Source of the DNA: an uncultured Pirellulaceae bacterium
GTDB taxonomy: Bacteria > Planctomycetota > Planctomycetia > Pirellulales > Pirellulaceae
Reading direction: 5' to 3'
Length of the DNA: 64,000 nt
NCBI GenBank assembly: GCA_937981585.1
Contig: CALJOA010000073.1
Location: 811 to 64,810 of the forward strand
Positions 34,401 through 43,098 of the stretch are shown here, in pieces (the stretch's first letter is position 1; each line of letters opens with the position of its first letter). Position numbers and translations under genes: made by a program. The notes under the pieces are model-generated. The model saw only the letters and a list, made by a program, of their open reading frames with translations. It had not been told where the DNA came from and ran no database searches.

Positions 34401-34823
34401 GCCGTTGCGCAGATACAGAATCTGCAGCAACGTAAACGACTTATTGAGCTTTTCATCGGCGAACTGTGCCGACAATGCCGTTAGTTTGTCGCCCTTGGGT
34501 CGCAAGAACATCGAAACACTCTTGTTGGACTCATCGGCGATCTGATCGTAAGCGCCTTTGATATAAGTCTTGGTGGTGCGCTCGCGACTTTTGGCACCGG
34601 CAGCAAGGTTGTAGTTGCGGTTGCAACTAAGCAGTGTCGTAACGGCATCGACCAACGTCGATTTTCCCGAACCATTGTGTCCGACCAGCAAGGAAGTCCT
34701 TCCTTCGGGACGAAACTGAAACACCTTGTGGTTTGCGCTGTCGAAAGTTCCCCAGTTGTAAATCTCCAACAACTGTAGCCGATAGCCGGGACGATCCGGT
34801 CGCGTATCAAACAATTGCTTCAA
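31452..34823 (-). CDS. jetC: Wadjet JetC SMC-like ATPase
   Basis: YNWGTF, Walker A GHNGSGKST, long coiled coils, signature SGGEK, Walker B VVVDEMF. Confidence 0.93.
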   Translation of the reverse strand: MKQLFDTRPDRPGYRLQLLEIYNWGTFDSANHKVFQFRPEGRTSLLVGHNGSGKSTLVDAVTTLLSCNRNYNLAAGAKSRERTTKTYIKGAYDQIADESNKSVSMFLRPKGDKLTALSAQFADEKLNKSFTLLQILYLRNGDSDDRVYAIFDGGCELSKSLNGLNKSDEIRKHLKSLGFQTTKKPTEYLGWIAKRTGMQSKAIDMFNQTVAVKNIDSLTRFVRDHMLEATNWREKVQSLLTHFNDLSQAHQQLERARKQIDLLKPVRSTGEEHRQKVATLRDLELRLKAADLFFADQFVSIFEPELESQRVRLAQMSEEIEQLGMRLEQLGDTARQLQNEIDQAGGDRLKQLPQLIENEKLRLQSANEKRHLFENLLSKCHLQTEIKSAESLEQCQNQLMEIRQRSTTAIAELFERQAAAIGDQSRIKSELHGEQAELELLQSRRTNLPPKFIAMRSQICGDLNIDEAELPFAAELIEVSNDAAGWESSIEMVLNSFSLSLLTPERYYSRVRAYLESNRIRDDRGQGSRIDYIQVGKALEQSGDRQDPRSLVNKLNFKPRHGLSPWVRGEVIRRFNFTCCNNLNEFNDAPKMALTANRHVKFNHRLHKKDDRRRTVDPRYFVLGWDNAEKRKRVAAHIEQLKTELSDAETIVTKVSQLLAGEQEISRACEEASQFRSFDWIDTDARKKNLEQLEAEKRELEESNDIVKALKGRLVQAKSELGSTSTKRDTTIGQRGELKKEIDGWQQNLDVEKAKIESAIKNGTHGQLSTVFAAIRDTQGEPAPSMIDFTQRKQTWEASTKKQLSEIREPLERLTEKLLEAQNKFLRQFPDEADDLSASLAATDSFIALLQQLEREDLPQYLKRFEERLNDQVTSEIAQFNTSLRLECQEIEEKIDQLNDALADVEYDRLRGTFMQLDPRRINDGEIELFRRSLRECMDESLESSKEANEARFLRIKSLVEKLGDKEKTNWRNKVIDVRNWYNFAALEINRETKETLSVYEGGASKSGGEKAKLAFTILVAAISYQFDIDPSGETPGRFQFVVVDEMFSKVDDQNATFALELFRQFGLQLLIVAPLDAKARITEPFVDRFLHVVKDAESHKSQLYSMTAREYEEVIKNLPGMN

Positions 34824-35443
34824 GATTCGGCTCTCCCGTTCTGCGTTTCGCCTTCCTCGCTAATTCCATTGACATGCTCCGTCATGCGTTGATTCAATTG
34901 TTCCAACTGTTCGATGGGTACCCGCGCCTTGATGGCTCGTCGAACTTCCCACATCTCTGATTCAGATTTCAGTTTCTTCACAAGCTTGAACTTCTCCAGA
35001 TGGCCAAGGCAGGTTGTCAGTTTTTTTCGCAGAGCAACATCGTCTTCTTCTGGCGGAAAAAACGACTTCCAGTTGTCAAAAAGTGTCTCCGTCTCTACGA
35101 CACACCTTTCGTTCTCGAGATCTTCATCTTCAAATCGTCGATAAGCGTCTCGCAGCAAGACACAGCCCAATGTCACCTGATAACTGAGCGGAGTCCGCGT
35201 CACCAATCGAGGCAGACGCTCGTAGCCATTGACCCGTTGGTCGTCACTGAACTGTTTTAGATAGGCAAGTCCGTTGGAGCGATCAACGACGACGCTGGTT
35301 CCTATTCGGCAAAAGTAACTTTCGATTTCCGACTCATTGGCCAGCAAGATCGCCCAGACATCTTTGTCTTCCTCGTAGACGACTCCCTGCAGAAGCTTGA
35401 TCGCAGCAATTCCAAACTCGGAAAATTCAGGCAACTCATCCAT
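34820..35443 (-). CDS. jetB: Wadjet JetB (DUF4194)
   Basis: LLQGVVY..W..L, AYLKQ, LPRL..R.PLSY; ATG 35443 with GGAGG RBS; lies between jetA and jetC. Confidence 0.88.
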   Translation of the reverse strand: MDELPEFSEFGIAAIKLLQGVVYEEDKDVWAILLANESEIESYFCRIGTSVVVDRSNGLAYLKQFSDDQRVNGYERLPRLVTRTPLSYQVTLGCVLLRDAYRRFEDEDLENERCVVETETLFDNWKSFFPPEEDDVALRKKLTTCLGHLEKFKLVKKLKSESEMWEVRRAIKARVPIEQLEQLNQRMTEHVNGISEEGETQNGRAES

Positions 35444-36920
35444 TTGCCAGTGCCTCCTGTTCCGAATTTGAGTTGTCACAAAAACGAACCAGCGGAACTT
35501 CGATGAAGCTGACTTCTTCGTTGTCACCAGAGCGGACTTGAATGACTTCCGTCAAAGTGTCGTCGACTTGGTGGCCTTGATCGTGTGCCAACTGAATGTA
35601 ACCCAGAGCCTCGACGGCCCCACTTTCGATCGGAAACTGCTCCGTCAACTGGCCCAACGTAAATTCCCCTAGCTGCGTCTGCATTTGGCCGATGTTGGTT
35701 CGCATTGTTGACCAGTCCAACCTCTGCAGTTGAGCCAGTTGGCGAAAGGCCAGCAGCCGTTCGTCTTCGTCAGGTTCGGCAGACGAAATCTCTGACGTTT
35801 CGAATTGAACCGGAGCTGTCCATGTCGGACGATCCATGAAGTTTGAAATCGTCGGCTCGCCGGGCAGTTCGATGCCAATATCAGGTGGAACGTCAGATGC
35901 ACGGACGGCACTGGCCTGAATTTCGCGAAGCAGATTCGCCAAATGCATCCGGGAAGAATTCGTGCGTTGATCCAGCAACCGGCGCAACGTTGAACTGAGT
36001 CTGCGAGTTGTGCGTTGTACTTTTTCGGCTTCTGCTGACAGGCTGGCGATCATTCTTTTGATTCGCTTTTTGCCATCGACCTGATTGGCAAGCTCTTCGA
36101 TTTCGTCCAACTGACGGATCATGCTTTCGAGATCGTCTTGCTGATTCTGGGAAAGCAAAAGTCTGACAAAGGCCCGAAAGCTTGTGCCTTGGTCGCCTTC
36201 ATTCAGCTCGTCTTCGGCTTCCAGTGCAAAACCAAGGATGGAGCCACGTTCGTCGCCTTGTTCGTTTTGCCGCTTTTGCACATCACGTGTGATCGTTTTG
36301 AAGCTTTCCTCGACTGCACGAAAATCTCCTTGCAACGAAACCAGATCAGATACGACATCTGAAAAACGCTCACGAAGCGCCGTGGGCGAATGAGTTTGGA
36401 CTTTGTCGCCCGATTGAATGGAGTTGATTTCGTTTACGATTCGCTCTTTCTCACTTTCCAGATAGGCCAGTCGCCTAACAGGATCGTTGGATCCTCGCAC
36501 GACAATATCCGAAAGCGTTTCAATGATGCGGGTCAGTCGCGACTCGGTTCCGACGAACCCCAGCGAACGATCAAGGGCCTCCATTAGAAATTTGAACACG
36601 TCTTCCGTATGGGGCGTGAGTTCGTAAATCGGCTCATCAAACTGAGTGTCAAAATTTCTGCGCAGCCAACGCGAATCACCGGTTGACCATTTGGTCAAAT
36701 AGTTTTGCGCTTTGTCACAAAGAACGTCCGGTTCAGTTTCATGGACATACTCCTGAAAACGGACAAGACGAGCCTGAAGCTCAGATTGCGGGAGGCTCAG
36801 ATTGGATTCGACTTTGTAGTTTTGATTCAGAAAGTAAATGACGTACGCCGCGTGGTCCGCCCTAAGCAGTTTTGCCGAAGGGTCACTGGAAAAAAACAGG
36901 ATGAGGCGTTCGAGTTTCAA
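35436..36920 (-). CDS. jetA: Wadjet JetA (DUF3375)
   Basis: KLLRADHA, YL..W, YELTP, FVGTESRL, DFRAVE, DQG.SFRAF motifs; first gene of the operon (TTG start). Confidence 0.88.
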   Translation of the reverse strand: MKLERLILFFSSDPSAKLLRADHAAYVIYFLNQNYKVESNLSLPQSELQARLVRFQEYVHETEPDVLCDKAQNYLTKWSTGDSRWLRRNFDTQFDEPIYELTPHTEDVFKFLMEALDRSLGFVGTESRLTRIIETLSDIVVRGSNDPVRRLAYLESEKERIVNEINSIQSGDKVQTHSPTALRERFSDVVSDLVSLQGDFRAVEESFKTITRDVQKRQNEQGDERGSILGFALEAEDELNEGDQGTSFRAFVRLLLSQNQQDDLESMIRQLDEIEELANQVDGKKRIKRMIASLSAEAEKVQRTTRRLSSTLRRLLDQRTNSSRMHLANLLREIQASAVRASDVPPDIGIELPGEPTISNFMDRPTWTAPVQFETSEISSAEPDEDERLLAFRQLAQLQRLDWSTMRTNIGQMQTQLGEFTLGQLTEQFPIESGAVEALGYIQLAHDQGHQVDDTLTEVIQVRSGDNEEVSFIEVPLVRFCDNSNSEQEALANG

Positions 36921-37312
36921 TTTCGCGGTCTATCTATTTAATACCATGCGGTTAAAAAACAGACCACCAATATAGACGCTTTTCATGAGACACCAAAATG
37001 TTTAGGAGCCCAAACGAGCACAAACCTTCACCAATCCGCCAAGTCGTTTACGCGGCTGACAGGTCGCATAGCTTTTGATGATTGAGAAGACTTTGATTCC
37101 GAAAACTCACCCGAAACATGACGCGAAGCGGTCAGTCGAGAACTCCTGCTTTCTAAAGGGTCCGTTCAATCGAGTCAGCGTTGGATGTTTGTTGACGGAA
37201 TGCGTCCACGAGCAGCGTTTCAGTTTCGGTCGATGAGACCGTGTGCTTCAACAAAGCCCCATTCGCACCCTGATTGCGATCGAAATCTCCAGACTTCAAG
37301 CTTCGAGCCTTT

Positions 37313-37343
37313 CATTAACGTTCATTCACGTCCATTTGCGGTT
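37313..37343. repeat. 3 x 10-bp tandem repeat directly downstream of the GxxExxY gene
   Basis: CATTAACGTT CATTCACGTC CATTTGCGGTT; same pattern as 17491-17521. Confidence 0.55.
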
Positions 37344-37345
37344 CT

Positions 37346-37675
37346 TTAATTCTCTTGCAAAATAACGCGTCTCCATTCGAGTTTCGCGTGCTTGAAATTA
37401 ATCAGCAAGCCAACTTGTAGCTTTGTGACTTTCAGGTAGTTCAGCATTTGCCCGATCTCATGGTCAGTGATCTGCTCGATTGTCTTCGCGTCAACAATGA
37501 CTTGTTCGAAACAGATCAAGTCCGGGATGTACTTTCCCAGTTCGACGTTCTTGTATGTGATTGGGAATTCTGGCTGTTGTACCGCAGGGATGTTTTGAAT
37601 TCTGAACTCAACCACCAAGCCGTTTTCATAGATCTTTTCGTGAAACCCGTGCCCTACAGAGTTCAATACCTCCAT
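37346..37675 (-). pseudogene. GxxExxY (PD-(D/E)xK-like) protein, apparently 5'-truncated
   Basis: GHGFHEKIYE, YIPDL, IVDAK, QMLNYLK, GLLINF. Homology continues upstream (QIVGCV) but an in-frame TAG lies a few codons further with no ATG. Confidence 0.6.
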
Positions 37676-37953
37676 GACACAGCCAACGATTTGGTTCCCA
37701 GCAGCGAGACCCTAGCGAGACTGGATGAGCCAATTTTGAATGTTGATTTAGCGCGTTAACTCACGTGAGCATCGGAGGGGATCGTCGTTTTCTGTCAGTG
37801 TCCCTAGATTTGCCAGGCGGCAAACAGAGAAATTAGGATCAAATGCGACCTCGAATTTGTCGCATGGAAAAAAAAGCTGGTAGAATTCCGGGCAACCCCT
37901 TCCTCTTGCCCGCGTAAAATTATGGACGTTCAACAGCGTCCTCATGACATCAA

Positions 37954-39846
37954 TTGAAAGCCAGTCAGCAAAAAACATCGGTGCCATCGCCAATTCAGTT
38001 GGCAATGGATCATGTGCCCAGTGCTGTACTGTGGATCGCAAGGGATGGCTCGATAACGCATGTCAACGACCAGGCGACGAAGTTACTCGGGTTCTCGCAT
38101 GACGAAATGCTCGGCAAGTCCGTTTCTCAAATCGATCTTGGCTTCTTGACCGAGCCGCAGTCTCTTGATCGCTATTTACCACCAGCGGAAGACTTATCTG
38201 AATTTTCGACTCGATTCGCGCATCGAGACGGTACCGAGATCAGCGTTGAGGTCGCCAACAGACTGATTGAAGTCAACGGCACCATGATGTGCTGTGCGTT
38301 TGTCCGCGACGTTAGCAAACTCAAGCAGAATCAACGAGAGCTTCGATTGGTCAGTGCCGGCATGCGGCATTCAATTGACGCGACTTTGATCGCGGAGGTC
38401 GACCTTCGCGATACGACCAAGAAGCCAAAAGTGCTATATGTCAACGACGCCTTCAAGCTGATGTCGAGCTACGACGACAGCGTTGGAATCGAAAATACAC
38501 CGGCGATTTTGTCGGGGCCAGAAACAAGCCAGGGGCTGCTTCGACTGATTCAAGATCAGATCGATCAACGTCAACCCTTGCGGCACGAAATCCTGGCATA
38601 CACCAAACACGGATCCAAATTTTGGGCAGAGCTTTGCCTTTCACCCATTTCAGGATGGCTGGACGAGAGCTCTTACTGGATGATTGTCTATCGAGACATC
38701 ACCAATCGAAAGCTCGACGAAAAACGATTGGCTGCTCTTCGAGATAGCCTCAAAGTGATGGTCCAGCTATTCGCAACAACCGACGGCGTTTGGGATTGGG
38801 ACATCGCACAAAACAAAGTCGAGTTTCAATCGGGATACCGAAAACTGCTTGGTTATGACGGAGACGATTTGATCGGCATCCCCAACGCCATGGAGAGCCT
38901 TGGAAGTAATATTCATCCGGATGACCGAGAGCGCGTCCTAACTTCTCGGCGAAACTCTCTCGAATCAAGAACACCGTTCGAGGAAGAGTTTCGGCTGCGC
39001 TGCAAAGACGGATCCTATTTGTGGGTGCATGATCGCGCAACTGTAATTTACAACGAGTCTGGCGATCCGATTCGAATGGCGGGTTCGATTTATGACATTT
39101 CACAGAGGAAAATTACCGAGGCGGCGCTCGATCTTGAACGTGAAATGCTCAAACGAAGCAATGCTGATCTAGAGCAGTTTGCATACGCTGCGTCACACGA
39201 TTTGCAAGAACCATTGCGTGCCGTTTCGGGGTTTATGGAATTGCTTAGGCAGCGGCACTCTCGGCAACTGGACGAGCAAGCTCAAGGGTATATCAAAAAG
39301 TCAATTGACGGTGCTGCGAGACTGAATCAGCTGATTACTGACCTGCTGCATTTCTCACGTGTTACACGTGACGAATCACGCTTCGTAAATGTTGACCTCA
39401 ACGTATGCGTTGCGAATGTAAAGAAGAACCTGGAGAGGTTGGCGCGAGAAACATCGGCGTCAATCCAAGTCGAGCCGCTTCCCACAATCATGGGCATTGA
39501 ATCTTTGCTGATGCAGTTGCTTCAGAATCTGATTGAGAACGGAATCAAGTATCGCGGTGAGAACCCGCCAACTGTCAAAGTCAGTAGCAACGACGCGGGC
39601 AAATTTGTCGAAATCCGAATCGCTGATAACGGGATTGGCATCCCACCCGAGTTTCATCAGCAAGTGTTCACGCTTTTCAAACGCTTGCATCACCGAGAAG
39701 AGTATCAAGGGACGGGAATCGGTTTGGCCATTTGCCAGCGAGTTGCCGAGCGACATGGTGGCTCCATCACCATAGAAGACAAACAAGACGGCGGTACCTG
39801 TTTCGTGGTCAGATTGTTGAAGCAGATTGAATCGCAGTTCCTTTGA
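37954..39846 (+). CDS. multi-PAS sensor histidine kinase (Cph1-type HisKA)
   Basis: Three PAS/PAC domains; FAYAASHDLQEPLR H-box, QNLIEN, DNGIGI, GTGIGLAIC. Confidence 0.92.
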   Translation: MKASQQKTSVPSPIQLAMDHVPSAVLWIARDGSITHVNDQATKLLGFSHDEMLGKSVSQIDLGFLTEPQSLDRYLPPAEDLSEFSTRFAHRDGTEISVEVANRLIEVNGTMMCCAFVRDVSKLKQNQRELRLVSAGMRHSIDATLIAEVDLRDTTKKPKVLYVNDAFKLMSSYDDSVGIENTPAILSGPETSQGLLRLIQDQIDQRQPLRHEILAYTKHGSKFWAELCLSPISGWLDESSYWMIVYRDITNRKLDEKRLAALRDSLKVMVQLFATTDGVWDWDIAQNKVEFQSGYRKLLGYDGDDLIGIPNAMESLGSNIHPDDRERVLTSRRNSLESRTPFEEEFRLRCKDGSYLWVHDRATVIYNESGDPIRMAGSIYDISQRKITEAALDLEREMLKRSNADLEQFAYAASHDLQEPLRAVSGFMELLRQRHSRQLDEQAQGYIKKSIDGAARLNQLITDLLHFSRVTRDESRFVNVDLNVCVANVKKNLERLARETSASIQVEPLPTIMGIESLLMQLLQNLIENGIKYRGENPPTVKVSSNDAGKFVEIRIADNGIGIPPEFHQQVFTLFKRLHHREEYQGTGIGLAICQRVAERHGGSITIEDKQDGGTCFVVRLLKQIESQFL

Positions 39847-39912
39847 TACGGAATTGCCGGACGGTCAACGGGATACAGGTCTAGCATTTAGCGTTTAGCA
39901 AACTTAGGTAGA

Positions 39913-40503
39913 GTGATGAATACACGCGATCGACTTCGAACAGAAACAAAAGCGATTCATGAGACGCTCGATGAAATCGTCGCCTCGCTGGAGCCTTTTT
40001 CATCGGCGCAGCGTTATCGAGTCTATCTCTCGGCAATGGATCAGCTCTACGATGTTTTTGCAGAGGATATCGATAGCGCATCAGAAGCCGCCGGGCTCCC
40101 TTGCTCGGTTCTAAGCTTGAGATCGGCGATCCGAGTCGACCTCGACGGCAATATTCTTGAGTCCGCGGCTGTTGAGCGAGATAAACTGACGAGCGACGAC
40201 TTGAAAAAAGTCAGCTCTCACCAGTGGGCGGTTGGCTACGTGATGGAAGGCTCAGCGATGGGAGCCCGATACATGGCGAAAATGGCAAAGGTGCTGGTTG
40301 AAAAATCGGACGAGAAAATTGGAAACTCGTATTTGGACAAACTTGCGGCGGACTCTTATGAACGCTGGCCGGCCTTTGTAGAGAAGCTCAACCAAGCCCA
40401 GTGTGACGATGAATTTGCAGTAGCTGCCGCGAGTTCCGTGTTTGAAACAGCGGTGACGATTTTCAACGGTTTCAAAAGAGAGTTAGTCTTGGACTCGAAA
40501 TAA
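39913..40503 (+). CDS. bphO: biliverdin-producing heme oxygenase
   Basis: LRTETKAIH (heme-ligand His), YVMEGSAMG; immediately upstream of the bacteriophytochrome. Confidence 0.88.
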   Translation: MMNTRDRLRTETKAIHETLDEIVASLEPFSSAQRYRVYLSAMDQLYDVFAEDIDSASEAAGLPCSVLSLRSAIRVDLDGNILESAAVERDKLTSDDLKKVSSHQWAVGYVMEGSAMGARYMAKMAKVLVEKSDEKIGNSYLDKLAADSYERWPAFVEKLNQAQCDDEFAVAAASSVFETAVTIFNGFKRELVLDSK

Positions 40504-40560
40504 CGGTTATGCTTAGCTCTCTTCTCTTCCCCAAATTTTTTTCTTGACACAGTATTATCT

Positions 40561-43098
40561 ATGAAACCAGAGGAAAAGCTCGCACTATCGAATTGCGATC
40601 GAGAGCCAGTTCATATTCCAGGGCGAATTCAGTCTTTTGGTTCGCTGATCGGATTTGATCTACAGACGAGCGAGCTACGTTATTTCAGCGACAACCTAAA
40701 GTCTCAGTTTCCTGACTTGCCAGAATTCTCACTCGGTGATTCTTTTGAAAATCTGTTTGCCAATCGAGAAATCACCCATGCAATTCGCGGTGGTTTAGGG
40801 CTTCCCTCGATTGGGACACAACGCGACCGTGTCGGAACATTTGAAATTGGAGCGACCGAAGCGGACATCGCGCTTTTCACGGCTAACGGGACCGGTATTG
40901 TCGAACTAGAGCCCAGCAGCTCAACCCGTTCGCGTCCGCAGGCGCCTGTTGCAGTCGTAAAGTCGATGATTTCGGTTTTGAAAACTGGCAGTGGTGTCGA
41001 GGAACTATTGGACAGCGCCGTAAAAGCGCTGCGTCACCTCACTGGGTTCGACAGAGTGATGGGATATCAATTTTTGCGAAATGGAGATGGTGAAATTACT
41101 GCGGAGGCAAAAGGGAATGGAATTGAGCCGTTTCTCGGACTCCGCTATCCAGCCTCGGACATTCCACAACAGGTTCGGGCTCTTATGCTGCGATCACAGT
41201 TTCGTTTGATTGAAACGATTGACGATCCACATGCAACGATCATGGCTAAAGATGGCGCACCACCGCTGGATTTGACTCTTTCTCAGTTACGTGGGATCTC
41301 GCCGATTTATGTTGAGTATCTCCAGAACATGGGCGTCGCCGCAACCATGAACACCTCGATTGTCGTTCGTGGCGAACTTTGGGGGATGTTTGCATTTCAC
41401 CATTACCGACCCAAGCGTATTGCTCCGGATTCGCGATCTGTGTGCGAGTTATTCAGTCAATTGATTTCGATGCAAATTCAGCAGGAAATCGAACAAGCGA
41501 CTTTCGACCGTCGGGCGCGTGCGCAAAGCTCGATGATGCAATTGGAATCTGGTTCCTATTCAGTGGAGGAGGTTTTCACTCATACCGCTTCGGAGTTAAT
41601 GGAAATCGTCAAATGCTCCGGAACCGCTTTGGTTGACGGAACATCAATCACGACGGTGGGTGAAACACCGCCGGATGAATCGATTAAGAACATAATTGAC
41701 TTGATGACTGTTGAGTTTGTCGCCTTGAATGAATTATCGGCAACTGCGCTGCCAAACCCGGAATCACTTGGCAACGTAGCCGGGGCGTTGGCGATCAGGC
41801 TTGCTCAAGACGCAAGTATCATCTTTTTCAGAAACGAAATTAAAAAAGAGATTCGCTGGGCCGGCGGGACAGAGAAAGACATCACCTACGGTCCTAATGG
41901 GCCTCGATTGACACCGCGAGGTTCGTTTGCGGAATACCTTGAATCTGTTTCGGGTTGTTGTGAACCGTGGAGCAATGACGACGTTTCGGCAGCGCATGAG
42001 ATTAGCACCAAGTTACAGAAACTACTGCATTCGGCATCCGGAAAACTCAGTCAGCATCTTGAAAAACAAAAACGGTATCAGGACTTGCTGATTGCCGAAT
42101 TGAACCACAGGGTTCGAAATACGCTTGCGCTGGTGCGTTCAATCGCCCGGCAAACGATGACTTCGACAGATTCGCTGGACCAATACATCGAAGCGCTTGA
42201 ACAGCGTATCAGCGCGCTCTCAAAGGCTCATGACTTAATCGGCGGCAGCGGATTGCAATGGGCACGTATCGAGGATCTCGTAACCGCTGAGCTCAAACCC
42301 TTTATCGATGCCAAGGCGTCAGTCGAGCTCGATGGCCCCAAGATCGCGGTCCGCGCGGACATCGCCCCGATCGTTTCTCTACTGTTTCATGAAATGACAT
42401 CCAATGCGGTTAAACATGGAGCCCTTTCGAGTAAGGGCAAAGCGTTGAGGGTGAGCTGGCAGGAACGCCAGGGAGGCGTCGCGATTGATTGGGTTGAGGA
42501 ATTGGATCAGGAGATGAACGAACCAGACCGGCAAGGGTTTGGTTTTGCACTGATCAAGCGCGCCATTCCTTACGAATGCAAAGGGAAATCGGAAATTCAC
42601 TTTCGCGGCAAGCAACTCGTGATCAACTTTTGGTTGCCCCCCGAAACGGTCCATCGGCTCTCTACCGCTCAGGAAAACCTGCCTGCAAAAACAAAGCATG
42701 ACTCTGAATCAGATGCCCAGGGAAACATAGCCGACTCAGTCCAGTCCATTATGATTGTCGAGGACAATATGGTGTTGGCAATGGAAATGGAGAGGTTACT
42801 ACTGGATATCGGAGCCAAGAGCGTAGACGCGTATCCTGACAAAAATTTGGCCGTCACTGAGCTAGATCAAAAGACGTACGACGCGGCGATTTTGGATATC
42901 AACCTTGGACCTGAGACCAGCTTCGACCTTGCGATCAAGTTACACCAAGCCGGAACGCCCGTCGTGTTTGTGAGTGGATATGATTCGAAATACGATTTAC
43001 CTGAACAGTTGATCAGATCACCACGATTGACCAAGCCCGTTAATCGTACTGAACTGATTCACGCGCTTGAGACTGCACGCGATATGGTAAAGGAATGA
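40561..43098 (+). CDS. bphP: bacteriophytochrome with HWE kinase and C-terminal receiver (PAS2-GAF-PHY-HWE-REC)
   Basis: NCDREPVHIPG (Cys12), GFDRVMGY, YPASDIP, WAG..LTPRGSF tongue, ELNHRVRNTL, HEMTSNAVKHGAL, REC AILDINL. Confidence 0.95.
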   Translation: MKPEEKLALSNCDREPVHIPGRIQSFGSLIGFDLQTSELRYFSDNLKSQFPDLPEFSLGDSFENLFANREITHAIRGGLGLPSIGTQRDRVGTFEIGATEADIALFTANGTGIVELEPSSSTRSRPQAPVAVVKSMISVLKTGSGVEELLDSAVKALRHLTGFDRVMGYQFLRNGDGEITAEAKGNGIEPFLGLRYPASDIPQQVRALMLRSQFRLIETIDDPHATIMAKDGAPPLDLTLSQLRGISPIYVEYLQNMGVAATMNTSIVVRGELWGMFAFHHYRPKRIAPDSRSVCELFSQLISMQIQQEIEQATFDRRARAQSSMMQLESGSYSVEEVFTHTASELMEIVKCSGTALVDGTSITTVGETPPDESIKNIIDLMTVEFVALNELSATALPNPESLGNVAGALAIRLAQDASIIFFRNEIKKEIRWAGGTEKDITYGPNGPRLTPRGSFAEYLESVSGCCEPWSNDDVSAAHEISTKLQKLLHSASGKLSQHLEKQKRYQDLLIAELNHRVRNTLALVRSIARQTMTSTDSLDQYIEALEQRISALSKAHDLIGGSGLQWARIEDLVTAELKPFIDAKASVELDGPKIAVRADIAPIVSLLFHEMTSNAVKHGALSSKGKALRVSWQERQGGVAIDWVEELDQEMNEPDRQGFGFALIKRAIPYECKGKSEIHFRGKQLVINFWLPPETVHRLSTAQENLPAKTKHDSESDAQGNIADSVQSIMIVEDNMVLAMEMERLLLDIGAKSVDAYPDKNLAVTELDQKTYDAAILDINLGPETSFDLAIKLHQAGTPVVFVSGYDSKYDLPEQLIRSPRLTKPVNRTELIHALETARDMVKE

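Noticed and set aside
31452-34823. Housekeeping SMC/MukB or SbcC
   Set aside because: Flanking DUF3375, DUF4194 and Toprim genes identify it as Wadjet JetC.
38428-38700. Second PAS of the first kinase resembles a LOV domain (YVNDAF...LSGPET...FW)
   Set aside because: The photoactive GxNCRFLQ cysteine is absent (ENTPAILSG), so it cannot be called a blue-light sensor.
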